From: Dendrobates tinctorius
Taxonomy: Eukaryota
Reading direction: 5' to 3'
NCBI RefSeq assembly: GCF_039654945.1
Contig: NW_027361733.1
Span: 23,560,001 to 23,624,000 of the forward strand
DNA length: 64,000 nucleotides
The first letter of the stretch is position 1. Every line of letters starts with the position of its first letter. The notes under the pieces are model-generated. The model worked only from the letters and a program-made list of their open reading frames with translations, searched no databases and was not told where the DNA came from. The translations under genes and the position numbers were made by a program. Below are positions 52,760 through 64,000 of this stretch, in pieces.

Positions 52760-55440
52760 CTTATCCTGTACTGATCCTGAGTTACATCCTGTATTATACT
52801 CCAGAGCTGCACTCACTATTCTGCTGGTGCACTCACTGTGTACATGCATTACATTACTTATCCTGTACTGATCCTGAGTTACATCCTGTATTATCCTCCA
52901 GAGCTGCACTCACTGTTCTGCTGGTGCACTCACTGTGTACATGCATTACATTACTTATCCTGTACTGATCCTGAGTTACATCCTGTATTATACTCCAGAG
53001 CTGCACTCACTATTCTGCTGATGCAGTCACTGTGTACATACATTACATTACTTATCCTGTACTGATCCTGAGTTACATCCTGCATTATACACCAGAGCTG
53101 CACTCACTATTCTGCTGGTGCAGTCACTGTGTACATACATTACATTACTTATCCTGTACTGATCCTGAGATACGTCCTGTATTATACTCCAGAGCTGCAC
53201 TCACTATTCTGCTGGTGGAGTCACTGTGTACATACATTACATATCCTGTACTGATCCTGAGTTACATCCTGTATTATACTCCAGAGCTGCACTCACTATT
53301 CTGCTGGTGGAGACAATGTGTACATACATGACATTACTTATCTGAAACTGATCCTGAGTTGCATCCTGTATTATACTCCAGAGCTGCATTCACTATTCTG
53401 CTGGTGGAATCACTGTGTACATACATTACATTACTTATCCTGTACTGATCCTGTGTTACATCCTGCATTATACTCCAGAGCTGCACTCACTATTCTGCTG
53501 GTGGAGACAATGTGTACATACATTACATTACTTATCTGAAACTGATCCTGAGTTGCATCCTGTATTATACTCCAGAGCTGCACTCACTATTCTGCTGGTG
53601 GAATCACTGTGTACATACATTACATTACTTATCCTGTACTGATCCTGTGTTACATCCTGCATTATACTCCAGAGCTGCACTCACTATTCTGCTGGTGGAG
53701 TCACTATGTACATACATTACTTATCCTGTACTGATCCTGAGTTACATCCTGTATTATACTCCAGAGCTGCACTCACTATTCTGCTGGTGGAATCACTGTG
53801 TACATACATTACATTACTTATCCTGTACTGATCCTGAGTTACATCCTGTATTATACTCCAGAGCTGCACTCACTATTCTGCTGGTGGAGACACTGGGTAC
53901 ATACATTACTGTTGAGAACTCATTTTCTGGTCTGCCTCTGGTTTCTGGTGAGGGAACTGTTTGTGCTGACAGAGGAGTCGTGAGTTCTCTTTCCGGGCTC
54001 CCTCTAGTGGTGGCAGGAGGTAATGAAGCTGATCTAATTAACAGAGACCTGCCACCTGATAATGAGGATGACGATTGGACATCTGGAGTCTCAGACTGGA
54101 TTTATGACAGCCAACTCCATATTCCCATGCTGGTGATTTTTTTCCTGCCTCCTGAGGTCTTGGTTTCCAGCTCAGTTCCTGTCTTCTCAAGCTAAGTTTT
54201 CTCTGCTAATGTTGACATTTGATTTGGTTTTGTCTATTCAGTTTTTGTGTGGTCAGCCAGCCCTGGCTGGGGCTGTGTTGAATTTCCACTCTTATGTTAC
54301 TGAATGTGCCAGTTTGCTTTTTGTCCCTTATTAGATTGGCCTTTTTTTGCTCTGCTATCAGAATATGCCAGCGTTGCTGATATAGTGGGTGAAGTCTAGT
54401 GACTTCAGGGGTTTTTTTTTGCTATCAGAAGTGTTGGACATTTTGTGCAGGGTTTTTTGGCGTGATTGCAGACAGTATCTTTCCTTTCCTGTCCTTTCTA
54501 GTCAGTGTGGGCCCCATTATTTGCTCAGCCTATTTTCCTACCTGTGTTTGTGCTTTCATCTTTTTTCACCGTCAATACATGTGTGGGGGCTATCTATTCC
54601 TTTGGGGTCTGCCCTGGGGCAGTTTAGATTTTCCCTTTTCTTGCTTTAGATTTATTTAGTCCTCCGGCTGTGACGAGGCGTCTAGAATCATCGTAGGTAC
54701 GCTCCACGGCTGCTGTTAGTTGTGTGGTTAGGATCAGGGGTCTGCAATCTGCGTAGTTACCAACCTCTCTGGTTTTCTGTGACTTAGCTTGGTTTTGTTT
54801 TCCTCCTCGGTGACCCAATCATAACACATTACATTACTTATTCTGTACTGATCCTGAGTTACATCCTGTATTATACTCCAGAGCTGCACTCACTATTCTG
54901 TTGGTGGAATCACTGTGTACATACATTACATTACTTATCTGTAACTGATCCTGAGTTGCATCCTGTATTATACTCTAGAGCTGCACTCACTATTCTGCAG
55001 GTGGAGTCACTGTGTACTTACATTACTTATCCTGTACAGATCCTGAGTTACATCCTGTATTATACTCCAGAGCTGCACTCACTATTCTGCTGGTGGAGTC
55101 ACTGCGCACATACATTACATTACTTATCCCGTACAGATCCTGAGTTGCATCCTGTATTATACTCCAGAGCTGCACTCACTATTCTGCTGGTGGAGTCACT
55201 GTGTACATACATTACATTACTTATCCTGTACTGATCCTGAGTTACATCCTGTATTATACTCCAGAGCTGCACTCACTATTCTGCTGGTGGAGTCACTGTG
55301 TGCATACATTACATTACTTATCCTCTACTGATCCTGAGTTATATCCTGTATTATACTCCAGAGCTGCACTCACTATTCTGCTGGTGGAGTCACTGTGTAC
55401 ATACATTACATTACTTATCCTGGGTTGATCCAGAGTTAAA
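52760..55440 (+). repeat. 92-97-bp satellite, interrupted by solo LTR copy 2
   Basis: (ttatcctgtactgatcctgagttacatcctgtattatactccagagctgcactcactattctgctggtggagtcactgtgtacatacattacattac)n. Confidence 0.95.
53910..54826 (+). mobile_element. Solo LTR, copy 2
   Basis: tgttgagaac...cataaca; 6-bp TSD cattac; homologous to 25276-26173. Confidence 0.88.
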
Positions 55441-55482
55441 TTATGCATAATAGTCAATAGTGAGTGCAGCTCTGAAGTATAA

Positions 55483-55636
55483 GGCTGTGTTCACAACATA
55501 CATTTGCAATGTGTTCTTTTGCCATGATTTTCCATATATGCGGTAAAATTGCTGTGGTTTCACTGAATTTTGGAGACTCACAGACTAAAAAAAAAAAAAA
55601 AAAAGCACATTGCAAACACATCATGTGAACACAGCC
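55483..55636. mobile_element. Short PIF/Harbinger-like MITE
   Basis: TAA|ggctgtgttcaca...tgtgaacacagcc|TAA. Confidence 0.8.
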
Positions 55637-56652
55637 TAATACAGGATACATCATTGGATCAGCAGAGGATGTGTGATGTATAGTGACCCTGCTGGTAGAA
55701 TAGTGAGTGCAGCTCCAGAGGATATCACTCCTAGTCCTATATCCTGTAGAGGTGAAATCTTCCACCTTTTGCTGATGGTTCAGTGTCCTATAGGTGTTTT
55801 ACATTCTGTAAATATCTGACATGATTATCTTCAAGGAAAGAATGAATCAGACAGGCTCCAATCCACCATGCTCAATACCGATATAGAATCCTTCCCCATA
55901 ATTTTTTGGCATCCGCATGCATCCGTCAAAGTGTGAAAAAACAGATCCGTTTCCGTTTTGCTGCAAACGGATCCGCGGTAGCCACTAATGGAAGTCTACG
56001 GGACAAAAAAAACGAATCCTCAAAAAAAAATAAAATGGCGGATCCGTTTTTTAAAGGGAAATTACGGATTTAGATGGATTTTAAAAAACGGAAGTGTGAT
56101 CCAGGCCTAAATTGTCTGCAGATATCAAGTGTGTGATCACCAATATGCCAAGGGTGGTGTGAGAGGACTTTGAAAAAAAATAGAAAAACATGGCTTTTTT
56201 TTAAATCAAAAACAACATCATTTTTTACATTTAAAGTTATTTTAACAGCTCACTGCCCCTGCTGTGGTCGGTAGTTGCTTCAGAGGATTGTTATTTGGTC
56301 ATATAGTATGTAAACATCTGTGATTGCAGCTCAGATCCAATGAAGTCAACAGAGAGCTGCAATACCATACACAGCCTGTGGACAGGTGTGGCACTGTTCT
56401 TTGAAGACAATATACAGTTTTTCTTAATTGTGTAACACCCCTTTAAGACATGGCAACAATCGGTCAAAGTGGTGGAATAGGCAGTGGCAGGCACACCCCA
56501 TGACCGCTGGGAGGCTGCACCACACTCCCCCTTCTGTCCCACACTCCAATCCTAACCCTATGTCTGTCTTGTGCAAATTATTAACTCCAGCCTCAGGCCA
56601 TTTTAGACATCCTTATATTCCTGGTTAAGAATTAGGATTGCAGTAGAAACTT

Positions 56653-56708
56653 ATGACGGCAAGTGAGAAGAGGCTCGGGGCAATAATGCACAGCAAGGAA
56701 GACCTCAG
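56653..56708 (+). CDS. PNP: pnp candidate exon 1 ([19 protein letters not shown])
   Basis: Two in-frame ATGs; phase-2 donor AG|gtgaga joins exon 2 as AGA TAT GAA. Confidence 0.65.
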
Positions 56709-56825
56709 GTGAGAGTTCTGCTCTAGGGGTAAAGCATATGGGGATTTCAATGGAGAGAAATACTTATATCCCTGTCAATAATATATACATATATTCTGCA
56801 TTCCAGGTGAGATCCTAAGGGAAGA

Positions 56826-56889
<64 letters not shown>

Positions 56890-59800
56890 CAACCCCTGAA
56901 GAAGAAGCGTTATGCTTCGAAACGCGTAGGGATTAAAGGGTTAACTTTTTTAACCTTGTCTAGTATGTTCTTCTTTGTCATATGCTGACCCCTCCTGCGG
57001 GTGCTCTGTATATCCGACTGTCTCCTTCATGTGCTGTTCTGTTGTATTTGCTCCATCCTGCAACTTCTTGCCAAGGGTATTCCTTGTCCCATGAAATTGA
57101 CTGCAAAAGAGGCACAGATTCAGCAAACGTCCAGATTAGGGGGATGGATCTTACAATGTTTCATAAATGGTGTCGGGAGGTTTTTAGCATTTATGTGACT
57201 GCAGAGAGGGGACAAGGATCCTCTGATGAGGTGGTAAGTATATCAGATTAACATATATGATGCTCATGTGTAGGAATCGGGCAGAACTATGAAGATTTTA
57301 CCCATTCCAACCATTCTCGAATTTTATACTTGCACATTTTCATAATTATCCCCTATAATCCCCTAACTCCTCCGCCATGATGTCTGATCCTTGTTGCTTT
57401 CTAACACTTACCCAACAGATATGAAGACTGTGAGGAGACGGCTCGGTGGCTCCTGGATCGGATCCAGTGTCCTCCAGACATTGCCATCATCTGTGGTACT
57501 GGCTTGGGACTCCTGGCTGAGACAATAACCAGCCACAAAACCTTTAACTACAGCCAGATCCCACATTTTCCAGAAAGTACTGGTGTGTAGCCGCCACATA
57601 ACCTGCGAATGATTTATACATCACTATGAGGCCGGGGTCAGACTTATGAGAAACTCGGCCGAGTTTCTCATAAGTCTGACCCCGGCTTTAGGGCTTGTGC
57701 AAATGACCGTTTTAGGCTAATGAGTGATATCTATGGTTTTGATGGGTCGCACTCATAGCAATGTTATTCTGTGGGGTTTCCTCAGACCAAGTGGTTAAAA
57801 AAAAAAAAAAAAAAATCGGACTGGACTCAGATGTCATCCAAGTGTGGTCCCATTTTCACAGTTTGACATCATTTCTTTTTTATGATCTCCACCTCTGGGA
57901 AAATCGGATCTGACTCTGTTCAAACTGGATAGACAGAAACCGGTCTTCTGCACATGCCCTTAGGGTGTGTTCACACGTAGCAGATTATCTGCAGATATTC
58001 CATCTGGATTTTGTTAGGATATATATGCAGTGTATGGCCGGGGTCACACTTGCGAGAAACTCGCACGAGTCTAGCATCTCAATACCCGGCACTCGGGACT
58101 GGAGCGCTCATATGCATAGAAATACATGCAGTTGCACATTCCGGTCCCGAGTGCCGGCGGCAGTGCCCCGGGTATTGAGACACGAGATTTGTGCGAGTTT
58201 CTCGCAAGTGTGACCCCGGCCTATGAGAAATTCCAGCTAAGTGATTGCGATTTGGAAAAATCTCATGCAAGCACTGCGGCATTTGAAGTTGTAAAAAGTC
58301 CCAGGCTCGGTGTATTTTTTAACATCAGTTTATGCTGCGTGTTTTCTGCGGTTCTATTGCAGTTATTAGCACATTGACTTTAAGAATGTGTGTAAAATCC
58401 ACAGAGTCTTATATTTATCAGTCTTTCCAACATTTCCAAGTACAAATTTGTAGTTTCCACCTTTTTTTTTTTTATTATATCTTTCTGTTGGCATTCTCAG
58501 AACTAATCCGCAGTTGGAATTTTGCACTGATTTTCGCACATTTCTGCTGTAAAATCCAGAACAAAATCTGCATAAAGTATTCCAGATTAGCAGCTGCGAA
58601 AACATGTGGATTTCTGGCACAAAACTGTGGAAGTAGTAGTCAGAAATTCTGCAATGACTGGACAAGCCCAGGGGTACACATATTTGGGAATTACATACAA
58701 CAATGTGCACCAGATTTCAGGTTCCAACATTTTTAGATTTCAATGAACATGTTACATGTCTCCTCTACTCTTTGTACCTTTCTGCCAGGCCAATTTGTGG
58801 TGCATGGACAGCCCCAGAAGTGATGTACCTGATGGATTTTTTTTTTTCATTTCAGTGGTGGGACACTCGGGGCAGCTGGTGTTTGGCAATCTGCAGGGCA
58901 AGTCATGCGTCTGTATGAAAGGCCGATTCCATGTGTATGAAGGATATCCCTTGTGGAAAGTAAGACCTGAGATCTCTGCATGTGACAACCTGCTGATCTG
59001 CTGTGTGTGATCCTGGTACCCACTGGCCCTCAACACCACTCCTTCTTAAAGGGCAGTTGTTACATGACCGCCGCCAAGCCGCTGGTCTCCCTCTGTATGT
59101 GTTAGCATGGGCTCAATTCAGAATGGTTGTCAGTCTGGCTACTAGATATGCTGCCTAACAACCACCATGTCAAAGGGGTCGTCAGGCAACAAAACCCTCA
59201 CAACCTAAGGGACAATAAGAGCAAGGAAGCTAAGGAGGAATTTAGGCCATTCTGCTTTAGCAAGTTCCTGAACAGCTACAGTTTGGTGAACACTGCACAG
59301 GACCACATCTCCTGTATAAATGGACACTGCACAGAACCACTTCTGTTATTCTGTATATATGGACACGGCACAGTACCACTTCTATTATTCTGTATATATG
59401 GACACGGCACAGTACCACTTCTATTATTCTGTATATATGGACACTGCACAGTACCACTTCTCCTGTATATATGGACACAGCACAGTACCACTTCTCCTGT
59501 ATATATGGACACCGCACAGTACCACTTCCCTTATTCTGTATATATGGACACTGCACAGTACCACTTTTCTTCTGTCTATATGGACACTGCACAGTACCAC
59601 TTCTCTTCTGTCTATATGGACACTGCACAGTACCACTTCTGTTATTCTGTATATATGGACACCGCACAGTACCACTTCCCTTATTCTGTATATATGGACA
59701 CTGCACAGTACCACTTTTCTTCTGTCTATATGGACACTGCACAGTACCACTTTTCTTCTGTCTATATGGACACTGCACAGTACCACTTCTCTTCTGTCTA

Positions 59801-62470
59801 TATGGACACTGCACAGTACCACTTCTCTTCTGTCTATATGGACACTGCACAGTACCATTTCTGTTATTCTGTATATATGGACACTGCACAGTACCACTTC
59901 TATTATTCTGTATATATGGACACTGCACAGTACCACTTTTCTTCTGTATATATGGACACTGCACAGCACCACTTCCCTTATTCTGTATATATGGACAATG
60001 CACAATACCACTTTTATTATTTCTATATGGACACTGGACAGTACCACTTTTCTTCTGTATATATGGACTGCACAGTACCACTTCTGTTATTCTGCATATA
60101 TGGACAGTGCACAGTACCACTTCTCTTATTTTGTATATATGGACACTGCACAGTACAACTTCTCCTATTCTGTATATATGGACACTGCACAGTACCACTT
60201 CTCCTATCCTGTATATATGGACACTACACAGCACTTCTCCTATTCTGTATATATGGACACTGCACAGTACTACTCCTCTTAATCTGTATACATGGACACT
60301 GCACAGTACCACTTCCCTTATTCTGTATATATGGACACTGCACAGCACTTCTCCTATTCTGTATATATGGACACTGCACAGTACTACTCCTCTTAATCTG
60401 TATACATGGACACTGCACAGTAACACTTCCATTATTCTGTATATATGGACACTGCACAGCACCACTTCTCTTATTCTGTATATATGGACACCACACAGCA
60501 CCACTTCTCCTATTCTGTATATATGGACACCGCACAGTACCACTTCTCCTATTCTGTATATATGGACACTGCACAGTACCACTTCTATTATTCTGCATAT
60601 ATGGACACTGCACAGTACCACTTCTGTTATCCTGTATGTATGAACACTGCACAATAGCACCTCTCTTATTCTGTATATATGAGCACGGCACAGTACCACT
60701 TCTCTTATTCTGCATATATGGACACTGCACAGTACCACTTCTCTTATTCTGTATATAAGGACACTGCACAGTACCACTTCTGTTACCCTGTATGTATGAA
60801 CACTGCACAGTACCACCTCTCTTATTCTGTATATATGGACACTGCACACTACCACTTCTTATTCTGTATATAAGGACACTGCACAGTACAACTTCTGTTA
60901 TCCTGTATGTATGAACACTGCACAGTACCACCTCTCTTATTCTCTATATATGGACACTGCACAGTACCACTTATCTTATTCTGCATATATGGACACTGCA
61001 CAGTACCACTTATCTTATTCTGTAAATAAGGACACTGCACAGTACCACTTCTGTTATCCTGTATGTATGAACACTGCACAGTACCACTTCTCTTATTCTG
61101 CATATATGGACACTGCACAGTACCACTTATCTTATTCTGTATATATGGACACTGCACAGTACCACTTCTCTTATTCTGTATATAAGGATACTGCACAGTA
61201 CCACTTCTCTTATTCTGTATATAAGGACACTGCACAGTACCACTTCTGTTATCCTGTATGTATGAACACTGCACAGTACCACTTATGTTATCCTGTATGT
61301 ATGAACACTGCACAGTACCACCTCTCTTTCATATATGGATACTGCACAGAATCACCTCTTTCACGGCCGCAAATACGGCCCCCCGGCGCACCGTGGAATT
61401 TTTGCGGGCCGATTTTGCGGCCCCATAGGAATCTATTGGGGACCAAAATTGGCCCACAAAAACACGGGAAGTGTAAAAGCAGCCTTACACGGTTCTGCTT
61501 CCTTATAATTACGGGTACAGGGATGAAGTCTCAGGATTTGCACACATAGATAATTGCCCAGCACAGTACCACTTCCAAGATACAGTTTATTCCATGAATG
61601 TACAGGAAGGTTCAACACTGTACTTATTACCTTTACCCTCTCAGTCTGTGACATTCTGGCAATCTCACTCCAGGTCACTTTCCCAATCAGAGTGTTTAAG
61701 TTGCTGGGAGTAAAGGTCCTGATGGTGACAAATGCAGCTGGGTCGCTCTGTGAGACGTACAGACCGGGAGACCTGATGATAATCCGGGATCATATCAACA
61801 TGCCGGGACTGGCTGCTCTGAACCCTCTAAGAGGACCCAACGATGAGAGGTGACCACCAAGGGGGTGATCCAACCTAGTAATGAACTACAAGTCCCAGCA
61901 TGCCTACACAGCTTTTGCTTGGCACTATTCAAAACCTGGAGAGTAAAAATAAAATGTCTAGATAAGATCTACAGATACATGTCACTTTATCTATGTAATC
62001 TTATAATAATATCATGATACTGTAAAGAGGTTCTGTAGATAAAGGTACCATGCTTTGAATCACAGCTGCTGCAGAATTTCTTTCATATTGATTCTTTTTT
62101 TAAAATAGGCAGCAACTGTGGTCTATATGGTGATGTACCATATACTAGTAAGAAAAATGTATTATATATTGGATGTATAGCACACGGACACAGCTGCTGC
62201 TTCAGAACCTTTTTGAGACCAAAATTTCCTTCAAGCACGGTCTATTGAGGAGTAAGATATTTTTTTAATTCTCTTGCAGGTTTGGCCCACGGTTTCCCTC
62301 CCTCTGGGACACGTATGATCGTGACCTGCGTATCACTGCTCTCGAGATCACCCAAAAGCTCGGTCAATCGGATCTCACCCACGAAGGCGTTTACTGCATG
62401 GTGGGAGGGCCAAACTTTGAGTCAGTTGCAGAAGCCAAATTTCTACAGAGACTGGGGGCAGATGCTGTAG
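56653..62470 (+). CDS. PNP: Purine nucleoside phosphorylase (trimeric PNP-I family, pnp4-like), exons 1-5; 3' incomplete
   Basis: Exons 56653(or 56686)-56708, 57419-57582, 58856-58959, 61674-61849, 62280-62470 join in frame; motifs [62 protein letters not shown]. Confidence 0.93.
56893..56931 (+). ncRNA. Minimal type I hammerhead ribozyme motif
   Basis: ccc-CTGAAGA-a-gaagc(gttat)gcttc-GAAA-cgcg-TA-ggg: complete core, 5-bp stem II, palindromic ACGCGT stem III, 3-bp stem I. Confidence 0.75.
57419..57582 (+). CDS. PNP: pnp exon 2
   Basis: caacag|A TAT GAA GAC...ACT G|gtgtgt; [33 protein letters not shown]. Confidence 0.92.
57630..58750. mobile_element. Cluster of abutting and nested Harbinger-like MITEs in pnp intron 2
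   Basis: 57630-57687 palindrome, TTA, 57691-57959, TTA, element from 57963 (right end uncertain) containing 58036-58221 with TAT TSD. Confidence 0.75.
58856..58959 (+). CDS. PNP: pnp exon 3
   Basis: tttcag|TG GTG GGA CAC...TGG AAA|gtaaga. Confidence 0.95.
59310..61350 (+). repeat. 33-39-bp minisatellite in pnp intron 3
   Basis: (tatatggacactgcacagtaccacttctgttattctgta)n; source of ORFs 59127-61549. Confidence 0.95.
61674..61849 (+). CDS. PNP: pnp exon 4
   Basis: ctccag|GTC ACT TTC CCA...GAG AG|gtgacc. Confidence 0.95.
62280..62470 (+). CDS. PNP: pnp exon 5
   Basis: ttgcag|G TTT GGC CCA...GCT GTA G|gcaagt (GC donor). Confidence 0.92.
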
Positions 62471-62515
62471 GCAAGTGTAAGGGATGGGAACTTGGAAGCA
62501 GTGCTAATATGTTTA

Positions 62516-63540
62516 TTATAACACTGTCCCTATGTACAAGAATACAACTACTATAATTCTGCCCCATATGTACAGGAACATAACTACTATAATACTGCCC
62601 CCTATGTAGAAGAATACAACTACTATAATACTGTCCCATATGTACAAGTATATAACTACTATAATACTGCTCCCTATGTAAAAGAATATAACTACTATAA
62701 TACTGCCCCTATGTACAAGAATATAGCTACTATAATACTGCCCCATGTACAAGAATATAGCTACTATAATACTGCCCCTATGTACAAGAATAGAACTACT
62801 ATAATACTGCCCCCATGTACAAGAATATAGCTACTATAATACTGCTCCCTATGTAAAAGAATATAACTACTATAATACTGCCCCTATGTACAAGAATATA
62901 ACTACTATAATACTGCGCCTATGTACAAGAATATAACTACTATAATACTACCCCTATGTACAAGAATATAACTACTATAATACTGCTCCTATGTACAAGA
63001 ATATAACTACAATAATACTGCCCCTATGTACAAGAATATAACTACTATAATACTGCCCCTATGTACAAGAATATAGCTACTATAATACTGCTCCCTATGT
63101 AAAAGAATATAACTACTATAATACTGCCCCTATGTACAAGAATATAACTACTATAATACTGCGCCTATGTACAAGAATATAACTACTATAATACTACCCC
63201 TATATACAAGAATATAACTACTATAATACTGCTCCTATGTACAAGAATATAACTACTATGATACTGCCCCTATGTACAAGAATATAACTACTATAATACT
63301 GCCCCTATGTACAAGAATATAACTACTGTAATACTGCTCCCTATGTACAAGAATATAACTACTATAATACTGCTCCTATGTACAAGAATATAACTACTAT
63401 GATACTGCCCCTATGTACAAGAATATAACTACTATAATACTGCCCCTATGTACAAGAATATAACTACTGTAATACTGCTCCCTATGTACAAGAATATATT
63501 TACAATTCTACCCCCTGGGTACAAGAATATAAGTACTATA
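62516..63540 (+). repeat. 35-36-bp satellite in pnp intron 5
   Basis: Same family as 4661-13535. Confidence 0.95.
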
Positions 63541-64000
63541 CGGGTATGTTTACACGTTGTATTTTTGCTGCATTTTGTATGCCAATTTAAAGCTGCTTTT
63601 TATATTACCACCAAAATCTAGGAGATTTCAGAAATCTCATGCACACATTGTTTTTTTTTTCCTGACTGAATTGGAAAACTGCAGCATGTCACTTCTTGCA
63701 GCGCTTTTTTCACCCCAAAGAAAGCAATGAGTAAGTGCAAACAAGGAGCAAAAAACATTACCATTAGTTTTTGCTGCCTTTTAGTTAAAATAAAGCAGGT
63801 ACAGAAGTATTTGAAACCCATATACTGTCCCCCATGTACATTATAGAGCTTCTATAATTCTTCCCATCCCCCCAAGTAGTACGAGACTATAGGTAAAAGG
63901 TTCTCCGGAGTGCCTCACTGTCCGTAAACACAATTATGGCAGCCTTCTTCTCTGCCCTCCACCTATTAGTATACCGTTCCCCTATTGGAGTATCACGGCT

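Noticed and set aside
59127-61549. ORFs of 200-543 aa on both strands
   Set aside because: Minisatellite inside pnp intron 3

Overview
Vertebrate genomic DNA, most likely a frog (inferred from the repeat landscape: Tc1, CR1, chromovirus-type Gypsy, TTAA- and TWA-flanked MITEs, Penelope-like remnants and many minisatellites). Three host protein-coding genes are supported: (1) a complete 8-exon TBC1D20 on + (CDS 17477-22644, 390 aa); (2) a SoxC gene with an intronless CDS on - (33912-34673, 253 aa), called SOX12 from its sequence plus linkage to TBC1D20; (3) coding exons 1-5 of a purine nucleoside phosphorylase on + (56653-62470, last exon beyond the window), which looks closer to the pnp4-type paralog than to mammalian PNP and uses a GC-AG intron. 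Most of the remainder is nested transposons and tandem repeats, and most long ORFs in the track are repeat artefacts. Best leads: a complete minimal hammerhead-ribozyme fold in sense orientation in pnp intron 1, with two more hammerhead-like cores in Penelope-like inverted repeats; a TBC1D20 promoter enclosed by two GC-rich minisatellites, one showing a CpG-decay gradient; candidate exons of a divergent spliced transcript; and an intact Tc1 transposase. All family assignments were made by eye from recalled consensus motifs; no searches were run.
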